From assembly GCA_963771465.1 (NCBI GenBank), contig CAVYTU010000017.1, forward strand, positions 96,001 to 160,000: a stretch of 64,000 nucleotides of DNA, read 5' to 3'. Numbering within the stretch: the first letter of the stretch is position 1; each line of letters opens with the position of its first letter. Below the pieces are notes generated by a model. The model searched no databases and was not told the origin of the DNA. It saw nothing but the letters and a program-made list of their open reading frames with translations. Position numbers and translations under genes: made by a program. This stretch comes from an uncultured delta proteobacterium (GTDB lineage: Bacteria > Desulfobacterota > Binatia > UBA9968). Shown here one piece after another: positions 40,288 through 49,962 of this stretch.

Positions 40288-41487
40288 CTATTGCGCCGCG
40301 AGATGAAAATACCTGACGGCATTGCCGACGGTCATCTGCCACATTTCCGCTTCGGGTACGCCGGCAAAGTTTTCGGCGATCACTGTGCGCGAATGTGGCC
40401 AGTCAGATTCCAAATGCGGAAAGTCGCTGGCCCACATCACCTTATCGACGCCGACTTCGTGGCGCGCGATGCGCACGCCGATGGGATTGCGGTTAAACCC
40501 CCAATAGACATTTTCCTTGGCGTATTCGCTCGGCATGCGCTTGAGGCGCGGCAGACCGAGCACCCGCTCGGCCCAATATTGTTGGCGGCCGTATTCGTTG
40601 TCCATCTGATCGAGCCAATTGGGCACCCAGCCGATTTGCACTTCGGCGACGTAAATATTCAGTTTTGGGAAGCGTTCGAACACGCCGCCCCAGATCATTT
40701 GCACGATCTGTTTGCTGCCGCGAAAGCCGTATTTGTTGAAACGCTCGATTACGTCCGGCACATGGTGCTCGGGGTCGGGTTGCTTGGCATATTTAAAAGA
40801 CGGTGCGTTGACGGCGACCGCTTGGGGACCGCGGCTTCGGCGTGGAAAGCCGAATTCGACATGGATCGTCAACGCCATATCGAGATCGACGGCTGCGGCC
40901 CAGAAGCGGTCGTCAGCCGCGGTGGGATAACGGTTGCCTGCGGGAAAATTGTCGATGATCACGGTCTTGAGACCGATCTTTTGGCAATGCGTCAATTCCG
41001 CGACGGCATCATCGATGTTTGTGATCGGAGTCACACCGACACCGATCAGCCGCTCGGGCGAATACGCGCAATATTCTTCCGCCAGCCAATCGTTGTAAGC
41101 GCGCACGACGGCTTTGTAAGCATCGTCATTGCGAATACCGCGCCAGAAGCCGGGCCCGACGTTGCCGGGAAATAGCACTTCGGCATCGACCCCGTCTTCG
41201 GCCTGCTCGGTGAGCCTCTGTGCCGGCGAGCCGGTTCCCGGAGAAGTTTCATAGCTCTCGCCGGGAAGCGGATCGAAGGGCCGGCTTTTTTCGTAGGGCA
41301 AGCCGCAAGAAATATTCGAAATCAAACGTTCGAGTGGTTGGCCTTCCTGCAGCACCGCAAGGGTGCCGTCTTCGAGAGTGATTACTTTCGGCGCCCGGTC
41401 GCGAAACTTTTCCGCTACGTGCTGGCAATAACGGTCGGGGCGGATTTCCAGGTGGGAATCGGCGGAGATGCATTTGTACTTCATCAC
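40288..41487 (-). CDS. Amidohydrolase family protein
   Basis: ISADSHLE, VRAYNDWL, GVFERFPKL, WASDFPH. Confidence 0.9.
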   Translation of the reverse strand: MMKYKCISADSHLEIRPDRYCQHVAEKFRDRAPKVITLEDGTLAVLQEGQPLERLISNISCGLPYEKSRPFDPLPGESYETSPGTGSPAQRLTEQAEDGVDAEVLFPGNVGPGFWRGIRNDDAYKAVVRAYNDWLAEEYCAYSPERLIGVGVTPITNIDDAVAELTHCQKIGLKTVIIDNFPAGNRYPTAADDRFWAAAVDLDMALTIHVEFGFPRRSRGPQAVAVNAPSFKYAKQPDPEHHVPDVIERFNKYGFRGSKQIVQMIWGGVFERFPKLNIYVAEVQIGWVPNWLDQMDNEYGRQQYWAERVLGLPRLKRMPSEYAKENVYWGFNRNPIGVRIARHEVGVDKVMWASDFPHLESDWPHSRTVIAENFAGVPEAEMWQMTVGNAVRYFHLAAQ

Positions 41488-41681
41488 TAACTCCTTGGTT
41501 GAACATCGGCACGGGTGTCAACTTAAAGCGCTCGGAAGGTCGGATCATGAATACCGCGAAGTGAATTCATGCATGCGCAATATCCTACTAACAGAGTGGA
41601 GTCAAAGCTCGTTTCAGTCTGAGAAGAAATGTTCAGCTGCCCCGATTACCGTTACAACGAAGTTTTGCAGTTCCTCCACGT

Positions 41682-43280
41682 TCAGGTAGCGGATAATTCT
41701 CTCTGCTTGGCTTTTTCGCGTGCCCGCTTCAGCGCCTCGCGCAGGTTTTGCTGGTGGCCAAACCAGAACCTCGAGAAAGTTGCGCTCATGCGCCCGTCGC
41801 TAAACTTCATCAATAGATAACCCAGAAGAAATCCGCTCAAGATCCAAACTAGACATGTCGGGTTGGCCAAAAGCTTGTCGCGTATCGAAGCAAGAGCCGA
41901 AAGAGGCGAGGTAGAAAGCGTGCCAATGAGCACGACTAAATTTTTTACAGTCGGCCACAAATTGAGGCCCGAAGGCGCCTCCGGCGAGCCAGCCACGACT
42001 ATCAACGTCCCAATGCATGACAGGAGGTAGATGTAGTAGGAGAATCGGCCGACGGTAATTATATTGCGGACCTGATCCAGTAGAGACTGCCCGCCGGTAT
42101 GAGCAGATTTCAAAACCAACTCAGCCGCGCTTGCTCTCACCAATGCGGCAGCGTCTTTTTCTGGATCTCTTGTGGGCGTAATCACAACGGTTGCGTTGGG
42201 CGGCAAGTTGCCGGGGCAATAATCCTCAGTCCCGTGTGCGATTCGCTCCAGGACCGTCAAATGAATTTTAGGTGGAACCCCGTTGTCTCGGCATAGCAGG
42301 ACGATATCGCGAGGTTTCCAGCGATAAAATACTCCGAGTCCGGCGCGCGGGTCGTAGAGCTTGTCGTCGACGTTCCCATGCTCATTGTAGTAATCGCGAT
42401 CTTCCGCAATGAAACGGAGGCCGGCCGATTGCGCCTTATCCATCAACCAGTCGAGGGCGACCAGTGACATGCCTTGTTTGGGATAACCCCCGCCCACATT
42501 CGAGTGTGCTCCGGCGAACCATACCTGCTCGATCTTCTGGGATTCGTTTTGACTGGGCATATCTTGTTTCCACAACAGAGGGACAAAGGAGTGACGTTCC
42601 TCGTCTACGGCGAGTGCATGGTACGCATGTTCGACGTGCTCGCTCAGTGTCTGATTCGGAAACTTAAAACGATAGAACACGCCGTTGATGATATCGCTGA
42701 TGTGGAATGGCATGCCGACGGCATCGACCGTATCCCACACACCGATGAAGTGGATCTTTGGCTGTTCGTTGTTGCAAAATTTCGCCTTGAAGTCGGCGGT
42801 CGCATCGGTCTTAGGATCGCCCAAAAACAGCCGCATGAGCGCGGTCCGGTAACAACTCCGATATGCCTTATAGGCGGCCTTGACGGTTGCTTCGAATGCG
42901 CGCGCTGTGATTTGTGTTTTAGCGTCGATGATCCCGCATCTGACGATAAGTCCCGCGAGTGTCCGGACGGTGAAAGCGCCGCGACTGAACCCAAATAAAA
43001 AAATCCTGTCACCAGTGTCGTAGATGCGGCATAGCTCCTTATAAAGCTGCCTGATGTTTCGGCCGAGGCCCCAGCCCGTCATGCCAGCGAATATTTTCAG
43101 TGGCTTGAAATCTTCCGTGCCGACCCCATCGTCGTAGATAGAAACCTGGGGGTCCAGCTTTGGATCGAAGCGGTGACCGTTGAGGTCAACGGACTCGAAG
43201 AGTTTGAAAACGTTCGTGCCTCGCCCCTTCACCGTCGTGTTTCCTGTTCCGTCGGAGCAAATAACAATGTTTTTTGCCAT
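41682..43280 (-). CDS. DUF2235 (Tle1-like alpha/beta hydrolase) with C-terminal TM helices
   Basis: CSDGTGN, GFSRGAFTVR, GVWDTV, HALAVDE, WFAGAHSNVGGGY. Confidence 0.9.
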   Translation of the reverse strand: MAKNIVICSDGTGNTTVKGRGTNVFKLFESVDLNGHRFDPKLDPQVSIYDDGVGTEDFKPLKIFAGMTGWGLGRNIRQLYKELCRIYDTGDRIFLFGFSRGAFTVRTLAGLIVRCGIIDAKTQITARAFEATVKAAYKAYRSCYRTALMRLFLGDPKTDATADFKAKFCNNEQPKIHFIGVWDTVDAVGMPFHISDIINGVFYRFKFPNQTLSEHVEHAYHALAVDEERHSFVPLLWKQDMPSQNESQKIEQVWFAGAHSNVGGGYPKQGMSLVALDWLMDKAQSAGLRFIAEDRDYYNEHGNVDDKLYDPRAGLGVFYRWKPRDIVLLCRDNGVPPKIHLTVLERIAHGTEDYCPGNLPPNATVVITPTRDPEKDAAALVRASAAELVLKSAHTGGQSLLDQVRNIITVGRFSYYIYLLSCIGTLIVVAGSPEAPSGLNLWPTVKNLVVLIGTLSTSPLSALASIRDKLLANPTCLVWILSGFLLGYLLMKFSDGRMSATFSRFWFGHQQNLREALKRAREKAKQRELSAT

Positions 43281-43457
43281 GGCAAGTTTTCTTTCTAGGA
43301 GACGATACTTTGCGGTTGACTGATGTGACTCGATGCGGATCAGCTACCATCTCTCCAGGAGTGATCGTTATGCGCGAAAGCTTGTCGATAAATTTCCGGC
43401 AAGTCAAGAAAAATTCAGCAGTGGGACATCTATGAATCCGCGAGAGAGGGAGACTGA

Positions 43458-44174
43458 TCAGATCCCGAGATGCTGATGAAGCAGCTCCGGCTTCTGACGT
43501 AATTCGCCATTAGTGCCTTCGAAGGCAACCCGCCCTTTGACCAAAATGATATTTCGATCGGTGAGCGCGGAGACGGCGGCAAAATTTTTGTCGACGATGA
43601 TAGCGGCAATTCCGGTTTCACGAATTGTTTCGATAATGCGCCATATCTCTCGGGCGATCAGCGGTGCCAAGCCTTCCGTCGCTTCGTCGAGGATCAACAG
43701 ATTCGGATTCGTCATCAGCGCACGGCCAATGGACAGCATCTGCTGTTCGCCGCCTGAAAGTTGCTGGCCGCCGTGTCTCAAGCGCTCGCTTAGACGGGGA
43801 AAAGTTTCGAGCACGCGTTCATAGGTCCAGTAGGCTTGCCCATTGATTCCCGGACCCGCGGCCATGATGAGATTTTCTTTGACGGATAAGTTGGGAAAGA
43901 TGCCGCGCCCTTCGGGAACGTAGGCGATGCCTTGACGCGCGATCAGATGCGGCGCGGCGCCGGTCATCGTTTTGCCATTGATTCTCACTTCGCCACGGCG
44001 CGGTGGCACATGGCCGACCAACGTGCGAATCAGCGTGGTCTTGCCCATGCCGTTTCGGCCCATCAAGCCGACCGCTTCGCCGGCGCGAATCGAAAAGTCG
44101 ACGCCGTGCAAGATGTGGCTCACGCCGTAATAGGTGTGCAGCTGTCTCGCTTCGATGATCGGTGTGTCGCTCAT
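43458..44174 (-). CDS. livF: Branched-chain/aromatic ABC transporter ATP-binding protein
   Basis: GRNGMGKTT, VPEGR, LSGGEQQML, LDE. Confidence 0.9.
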   Translation of the reverse strand: MSDTPIIEARQLHTYYGVSHILHGVDFSIRAGEAVGLMGRNGMGKTTLIRTLVGHVPPRRGEVRINGKTMTGAAPHLIARQGIAYVPEGRGIFPNLSVKENLIMAAGPGINGQAYWTYERVLETFPRLSERLRHGGQQLSGGEQQMLSIGRALMTNPNLLILDEATEGLAPLIAREIWRIIETIRETGIAAIIVDKNFAAVSALTDRNIILVKGRVAFEGTNGELRQKPELLHQHLGI

Positions 44175-44929
44175 GGCGCGTCGTCCAATATGCCGAGATA
44201 AGCGGCTTGCACCTCGCGGTTGGCGCGGATCTCGGCAGGCGTTCCCGTGGCGAGAACTTTGCCGTCGACCATGACCGTGAGCAGTTTGGCTAATTGAAAC
44301 ACCGCATCCATATCGTGCTCGACCAGCAAGATTGCGTGAGTCTCGGCGAGGTTTCGGATGAGATCGATCATTTTAATCGATTCTTCCGTACCCATGCCCG
44401 CCAGCGGTTCGTCAAGCAAAAGCAGCTGTGGTGCGGTGGCAAGACACATAGCGATCTCTAGCTGGCGTTGCCCGCCGTGGCTCAAGGCTAGCGCGAGATC
44501 ATTGCCGCGCTCGGCCAGATCGGCCGCAGCCAATGCGCGCCGCGCATTTTGCATCGTCGCGTCGTAGGACAACGCGTCGGTCAGCCAATGAAACGGTCGT
44601 GGATCGCGCGCTTGCGCCGCCAGGCGGCAGTTTTCCAGCGCGCTGAAACTCGAAAAGACATTGGTCTTCTGGAAGCTGCGGCCGATACCTAGACGCGATC
44701 GCTTTTCAGGGGTGAGCCGCGTGATGTCCTCGGCGCGGAAACGAATGGCGCCGCTGCTCGGTGCGAGCTCGCCGGACAGCAAATTTATTAGCGTCGTCTT
44801 GCCGGCACCGTTGGGGCCGATGATCGCGTGCAGCTCGCCGACTCTTACCTCCAACGAAACGTCTTCCACGGCGGCCAGCCCGCCGAAGTGTTTCGTCAAG
44901 TCTTCGATTGAAAGGATCGCTTCAGTCAT
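44171..44929 (-). CDS. livG: ABC transporter ATP-binding protein
   Basis: GPNGAGKTT, LSHG, LDEP, EHDM, AYLG. Confidence 0.9.
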   Translation of the reverse strand: MTEAILSIEDLTKHFGGLAAVEDVSLEVRVGELHAIIGPNGAGKTTLINLLSGELAPSSGAIRFRAEDITRLTPEKRSRLGIGRSFQKTNVFSSFSALENCRLAAQARDPRPFHWLTDALSYDATMQNARRALAAADLAERGNDLALALSHGGQRQLEIAMCLATAPQLLLLDEPLAGMGTEESIKMIDLIRNLAETHAILLVEHDMDAVFQLAKLLTVMVDGKVLATGTPAEIRANREVQAAYLGILDDAP

Positions 44930-45926
44930 TCGCGTGCTCCGCTAACGCTCGTGGATAATCCTTCCGGCGCAAGAAGATATCGATGAAGCCGCCGACGCCG
45001 TGGGGAAAAACCAAAACGATAAGCACAATCAAACTGCCCATCGTTAGTTGCCAGTGCTTAGCGTAGTCGCCGAAAAGGGCCTGCCCGGAGAGAAATTCTT
45101 GTAACAGGACGTAGACTGTGGCGCCGATGACGGCGCCGTGGAGCCGGCCCATGCCGCCGAGGATGACCATCATGAGGACGGTGCCGGATTGATGCCAGGC
45201 GAGAATCTCAGGATTGACGAAACCGTACTGGCAGGCCGCGAGATAGCCTGATAGACCCGCGATGGTTCCAGCGAGAACGAAAGCGCCGAGCTTGTACCAA
45301 AAAACCGGGAATCCGATGGAGCGCATGCGCTGTTCGTTGACACGGATGCCGGCGAGGGCGCGGCCAAAAGGCGCGTGGAGTAAATAATTCAAAAAAACGT
45401 AGACGGCGCTCAGCGTGATCAACGCGAGGTAAAAGAACTGCACGGGACTTTCAAGATCGAGTGTTTTGAAACTCCCGATGATCATTTCCGGCCGGACCGT
45501 GATGTATATGCCATCCGAGCCGCCGCCGAGTTTGGTGTCATGGAAGATTGAGTAGAGCATCTGCGCGAAAGCAAGAGTGACCATGATGAAATAGATTCCA
45601 GTCGTGCGCACGACGAGAAAGCCGATGACGAGAGCGGTGATGGCGGTGACGATCAGCGCCGCTGGCAAAGTGAGCCAGAGACTGGCCGCTTCGTACTTGG
45701 GCGCGAATAGGGCCAGCGCATAGGCGGCGACGCCAAAGTAAGCGGCGTGGCCAAAACTCACCAATCCGGCGTGGCCCACGAGCAAGTCGAGGCTCAAGGC
45801 GAAGATCGCCATGATCATGATCTTGGCGCCGAGCTGAATATAAAAGGTCGAGCCAAACAGCGGGAAAAGTGCCAGGACGAGCAAGGCGGCGAACAAAAGC
45901 GAGCGGGGCAAGGTGATGTGGGTCAC
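44922..45926 (-). CDS. livM: ABC transporter permease
   Basis: GLVSFGHAAYFG, YFIMVTLAFAQ, ILGGMG; GTG start. Confidence 0.9.
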   Translation of the reverse strand: MTHITLPRSLLFAALLVLALFPLFGSTFYIQLGAKIMIMAIFALSLDLLVGHAGLVSFGHAAYFGVAAYALALFAPKYEAASLWLTLPAALIVTAITALVIGFLVVRTTGIYFIMVTLAFAQMLYSIFHDTKLGGGSDGIYITVRPEMIIGSFKTLDLESPVQFFYLALITLSAVYVFLNYLLHAPFGRALAGIRVNEQRMRSIGFPVFWYKLGAFVLAGTIAGLSGYLAACQYGFVNPEILAWHQSGTVLMMVILGGMGRLHGAVIGATVYVLLQEFLSGQALFGDYAKHWQLTMGSLIVLIVLVFPHGVGGFIDIFLRRKDYPRALAEHAND

Positions 45927-45932
45927 GGCGGG

Positions 45933-46790
45933 TTACGATTTATTCGCGAGCCCTTGCGGGCGCCACAAAAGAACGACGGCCATCAAGAGATAGATCGCAA
46001 CGCCGGAATACTCTGGCGCGAGGATTTTGCCGAGGGTGTCGGCGAGGCCGATTAAAAGAGACGCGATCATCGCGCCGTTGATCGAGCCGATGCCGCCGAT
46101 GACGACGACGACGAAACAGATGATCAAAATCGGATTGCCCATTCCCGGCGCGACGGATGTGATTGGCGCCGCGATCGCGCCCGCAAAGGCGGCAAGCGCC
46201 ATGCCCACGGCGAACACCAGCGCGAAGAGCAGAGGAATGTTGACGCCGAGGGAGGCCGCCATCTCGCGGTTGCTGTTGCCGGCGCGGATCATCATGCCGA
46301 TGCGAGTTTTTTGAATGACAAAGTACAGGACAGCGGCGATAACAAGGCAAACCGCAGTGATGAAAAGGCGGTAGATTGGATAGGATAGAGTTTCAGTCAG
46401 AGGAATGGAGAAATTCAGCAGCGCCGGCACAGCGACACCATGAACGTCGTTGCCGAAAAGAATGCTGCGCAATTCTTCGAAGACCAGGATCAGACCGAAG
46501 GTGAGCAGGACTTGATACAGATGATCGCGTTTATAAAGGCGTCTGATGATGGTCGTCTCAAGCAAGAGACCGATTGCGAAAGCGATGACAATGGCAATCG
46601 GGATCGCGAGCCACAGACTGCCAGTCGCTTTGGCTAGCCAATAGGCTAGATAGGCGCCGACCATGTAGAAACTGCCGTGGGCAAGATTGATTACGCCCAT
46701 AATGCCGAAGATCAAGGTCAGGCCGCTGGCGAGGAGAAAGAGCAGTAGGCCGTATTGGACCGCGTTTAGTAACTGTATTAGATAGAACAT
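45933..46790 (-). CDS. livH: ABC transporter permease
   Basis: GLTLIFGIMGVINLAHG, VVIGGIGS, RPQGL. Confidence 0.9.
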   Translation of the reverse strand: MFYLIQLLNAVQYGLLLFLLASGLTLIFGIMGVINLAHGSFYMVGAYLAYWLAKATGSLWLAIPIAIVIAFAIGLLLETTIIRRLYKRDHLYQVLLTFGLILVFEELRSILFGNDVHGVAVPALLNFSIPLTETLSYPIYRLFITAVCLVIAAVLYFVIQKTRIGMMIRAGNSNREMAASLGVNIPLLFALVFAVGMALAAFAGAIAAPITSVAPGMGNPILIICFVVVVIGGIGSINGAMIASLLIGLADTLGKILAPEYSGVAIYLLMAVVLLWRPQGLANKS

Positions 46791-46880
46791 GTTTGAATCG
46801 TTCAAGCCGTTCAAAACGTTCAAGCAGTCAGAATTCGGCCGGTTTCCGAAAACGATTTGAACTACTTGAACGGTTTGAAC
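46791..46880. repeat. Inverted 9-bp GTTCAA/TTGAAC tandem repeats inside the liv operon
   Basis: GTTTGAATC GTTCAAGCC GTTCAAAAC GTTCAAGCA ... TTTGAACTACTTGAACGGTTTGAAC. Confidence 0.6.
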
Positions 46881-46898
46881 GCGACGGCGAAGCCGTCG

Positions 46899-48074
46899 CT
46901 ATAATTTGCATCCGCGCGCCGGGTCGGCAAGCGCTTTATGGGCGACGCTGACATAGCGGTTTTCTTTACCGACGACTTTGCGGAGATAGATGTCTTGGAT
47001 TGGATTGTGCGCTTTCGACATAGTCCAGGCACCGCGCGGGCTGTCGATCTTGGCCTTTTCCATGGCAGCGATCATTTCCTTGCGCTTAGTGATATCGCCT
47101 TTAACCGCGTCGACTCCGGCGGCGAGCAGCAAGCCGGCGTCAAAGCCCTGCACGGCGTAAACATCCGGCTCGCTCGTGTACGTTTTCGCGTAGGCGGCGC
47201 GAAACTCCTTATCGCGTTTGGTATTCAGACCGTCAGCGTAGTGAAGCGTGGTTTCCAGTCCCTGTCCCGAGTCTTGGATCGCGTCTAAGATGCCGTCGGT
47301 AAGAAATCCGGAGCCGTAAAGTGGAATGGTCTTTCGCAGACCAGACGCTGCGTAGTCTCTGACGAATTTTGCGGCGCCGGCGCCGGCAAAAAATACGAAT
47401 ACGGCGTCGGGTTTGAGCGACGCGATCTCTGTCAACAGCGCTTGGAATTCGGCATTGGGAAATGGAATCCACAGGCCGCGCACCGACTTGCCACCGGCTT
47501 TGATAAATCCTTCGGTGAAGCCGGCGATGGCTTCTTCGCCGGCGCCGTATTTCCAGGCGAGAGAAACGACATTGCGGATACCGCGATCGGCAAGCACCTT
47601 GCCCATCGGGTAGGACGGCTGCCAATTGGAAAAAGAGGTTCGGAAAATATTCGGCGCGCAGAGCGCGCCAGTGGCGGCATCGAGTCCCGCGTTGGGAATG
47701 ATCATCAGTGTACTGGTTTCTTTGGCGATCTTGACCATGCCCATTTGCACGCCGCTGTGCACCGTGCCGACCAAGACGTCGATCTTGTCGCGTTGGACCA
47801 GCTTGTTGGTATTCTCCGGCGCCTTGGACGGATCGGCTTCGTCGTCGACGGTGAAATACTCCAGCTCTCGTCCGCCCAGCTTGCCGCCACGCTCGCTCAC
47901 CGCGAGCTTAAAGCCGTTGGTGATCGCGGTGCCGAGCTGAGCAAAGGTGCCAGTGTACGGCAGCATGATGCCGATGCGGATTTTCTGGGTTTGGCCGAAG
48001 GCGAATTTGGGCACGAAGGCGCCGGCGGTGAGCAGACTCGCTTGGGTTAAGAAATTGCGGCGATTCAACTTCAC
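46899..48074 (-). CDS. Tat-exported ABC substrate-binding protein (benzoate/aromatic-acid HbaE-like)
   Basis: GTG start after GGAGG, NRRNFL twin-arginine signal, GTVHSGV, DSPRG. Confidence 0.88.
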   Translation of the reverse strand: MKLNRRNFLTQASLLTAGAFVPKFAFGQTQKIRIGIMLPYTGTFAQLGTAITNGFKLAVSERGGKLGGRELEYFTVDDEADPSKAPENTNKLVQRDKIDVLVGTVHSGVQMGMVKIAKETSTLMIIPNAGLDAATGALCAPNIFRTSFSNWQPSYPMGKVLADRGIRNVVSLAWKYGAGEEAIAGFTEGFIKAGGKSVRGLWIPFPNAEFQALLTEIASLKPDAVFVFFAGAGAAKFVRDYAASGLRKTIPLYGSGFLTDGILDAIQDSGQGLETTLHYADGLNTKRDKEFRAAYAKTYTSEPDVYAVQGFDAGLLLAAGVDAVKGDITKRKEMIAAMEKAKIDSPRGAWTMSKAHNPIQDIYLRKVVGKENRYVSVAHKALADPARGCKL

Positions 48075-48124
48075 GGTTTCCTCCCAATTGGATCGATAGT
48101 GTTTTGACAATAATCCATGAGATT

Positions 48125-49666
48125 TCAAGCGCGCAGCTTGAAACGTTGGATTTTTCCCGTGGCGGTCTTGGGCAGCTCGGCGACGAATTCGATCCAGCGC
48201 GGATATTTGTAGGGCGCGAGCTGGGCTTTGACATGCTGCTGCAATGCCGCCGATAACTCATCGCTTTGCGGCACATTGGGTTGTAGGACGATGTAGGCTT
48301 TCGGTTTGATCAAGCCATTTTCATCGGCATGGCCAACGACGGCGGCTTCGAGCACAGCGGCATGCGACGCCAATGCGGATTCGACTTCAAAGGGCGATAC
48401 CCAAATGCCGCTGACTTTGAGCATGTCGTCGCCGCGGCCACCGTAGGTGAAATAACCGTCGGCGCTTTCGCTGTATTTGTCACCGCTCTTGGTCCACGGG
48501 CCGAGAAAAGTGTTGCGGCTCTTTTCGCGGTTGTTCCAATAGAACGCCGCGCTGGTCGGACCGGCGACTTGGAGCTCGCCAATCTCGCCTTTTGCTACCG
48601 GTTTGCCATCTTCGTCGACGAGGCGGATGTCGTAGCCGGACACGGGTTTCCCCGACGTGCCGTAGCGGTTGTCGTCGGGCCGATTGGACAAAAATATATG
48701 CAACATCTCAGTCGAGCCGAGGCCGTCGAGAATATCGACGCCGAAATGTTCCGACCAGCGCCGGCCGACCTCCGCCGGCAGCGCTTCGCCCGCCGAAGTG
48801 CAGCGGCGCAGCTTAGATTCCTCGCGTTTCGGTAAATCGGCACTCGCCAGGAGCGCGCTGTAGAGCGTCGGCACGCCATAGAATATCGTCGGCTGATATT
48901 GTTTCAAGATACGGCAAACTGCCTGCGGCGTCGGCCGCTCGCTTAACAAAATTGTCGTCGCGCCCACCGACAAGGGAAAACTCATCGCGTTGCCGAGACC
49001 GTAGGCGAAAAATAACTTCGCTGCCGAGAACACCACGTCGCTTTCTTGGATGCCGAGAATCGGCTTGGCATAATGCTCGGCGGTTTTGATCATGCTGGAT
49101 TGCACATGAACGACGCCTTTTGGGGTGCCAGTGGAGCCCGACGAGTAGAGCCAAAAACAGGCATCGTCCGGTCGAGTCGACGCGGCGGTGAAATCGTCGG
49201 AAGCCGCGGCCATCAAGTTCGCCAGCAGGGGATGACGCGATTCTCTCGCGCCAGAAACGATGACGTGCTTGAGGAACGGCTGATTCGCGAGAATCGGATC
49301 GAATACCGCGAGCAGTGGATCGGACACAACTAACGCTTGGGCGCGGCTGTCGCGCAACATGAACTCGAAATCGCCGGTCGTCAGCAGCGTGTTGACCGCG
49401 ATGGGCACCAGGCCGGCTTTGATCGCGCCGAGAAAAACCGCGGGAAAGTCGATGGTGTCGAGCAGGCACACCATTACTCGGCATTCCAGCGGCAAGCCGA
49501 GCTCGGTGAGCGCATTGGCCGCGCGATTAACCCTCGCGGCAAGCTCGGCGAAACTATACCTGCCGTTTTCGTCGATATACGCGATCTTTTCCAATCGCGC
49601 CGTAAGATTGCGTTCGATCAGGTCGACCGCGGCGTTGTAATGCGGGGTTGTCGATGGCCCGTCCAT
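48125..49666 (-). CDS. badA: Benzoate-CoA ligase family protein
   Basis: YNAAVDL, WLYSSGSTG.PKG, AKLFFAYGLGN, GSTEMLHIFLSN, TGKIQRFKLR. Confidence 0.88.
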   Translation of the reverse strand: MDGPSTTPHYNAAVDLIERNLTARLEKIAYIDENGRYSFAELAARVNRAANALTELGLPLECRVMVCLLDTIDFPAVFLGAIKAGLVPIAVNTLLTTGDFEFMLRDSRAQALVVSDPLLAVFDPILANQPFLKHVIVSGARESRHPLLANLMAAASDDFTAASTRPDDACFWLYSSGSTGTPKGVVHVQSSMIKTAEHYAKPILGIQESDVVFSAAKLFFAYGLGNAMSFPLSVGATTILLSERPTPQAVCRILKQYQPTIFYGVPTLYSALLASADLPKREESKLRRCTSAGEALPAEVGRRWSEHFGVDILDGLGSTEMLHIFLSNRPDDNRYGTSGKPVSGYDIRLVDEDGKPVAKGEIGELQVAGPTSAAFYWNNREKSRNTFLGPWTKSGDKYSESADGYFTYGGRGDDMLKVSGIWVSPFEVESALASHAAVLEAAVVGHADENGLIKPKAYIVLQPNVPQSDELSAALQQHVKAQLAPYKYPRWIEFVAELPKTATGKIQRFKLRA

Positions 49667-49962
49667 AACTTGTTCTCCAACTGGCTGGAGTGTGGTGTAT
49701 TTACTATGGAACTGGCGCGCCCGGCAAGCGGAGTTAAGGCTCTAGCCCAGATTATTCTTGGTAAAGCAGCGATCGAGGCGAAAACCTTACGGAGTGAAGG
49801 CAAAGCGGCTCTGCCTTGGAGAGGCGAGCGAAGCGATCCGCTCTGAAATCAACTGTGAAAAGCTCAAATATCTTGCCGAGCGCCGAGCATGACGATGATA
49901 CATGTGCCCTGATGCGTTCACTCCTACAGGGTTCCACCTCAATCCACCCTCTGTCGTTCTAG

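Noticed and set aside
49680-49960. Possible ncRNA or riboswitch upstream of benzoate-CoA ligase
   Set aside because: No recognisable conserved aptamer or stable long stem seen by eye; an Rfam scan would be needed.
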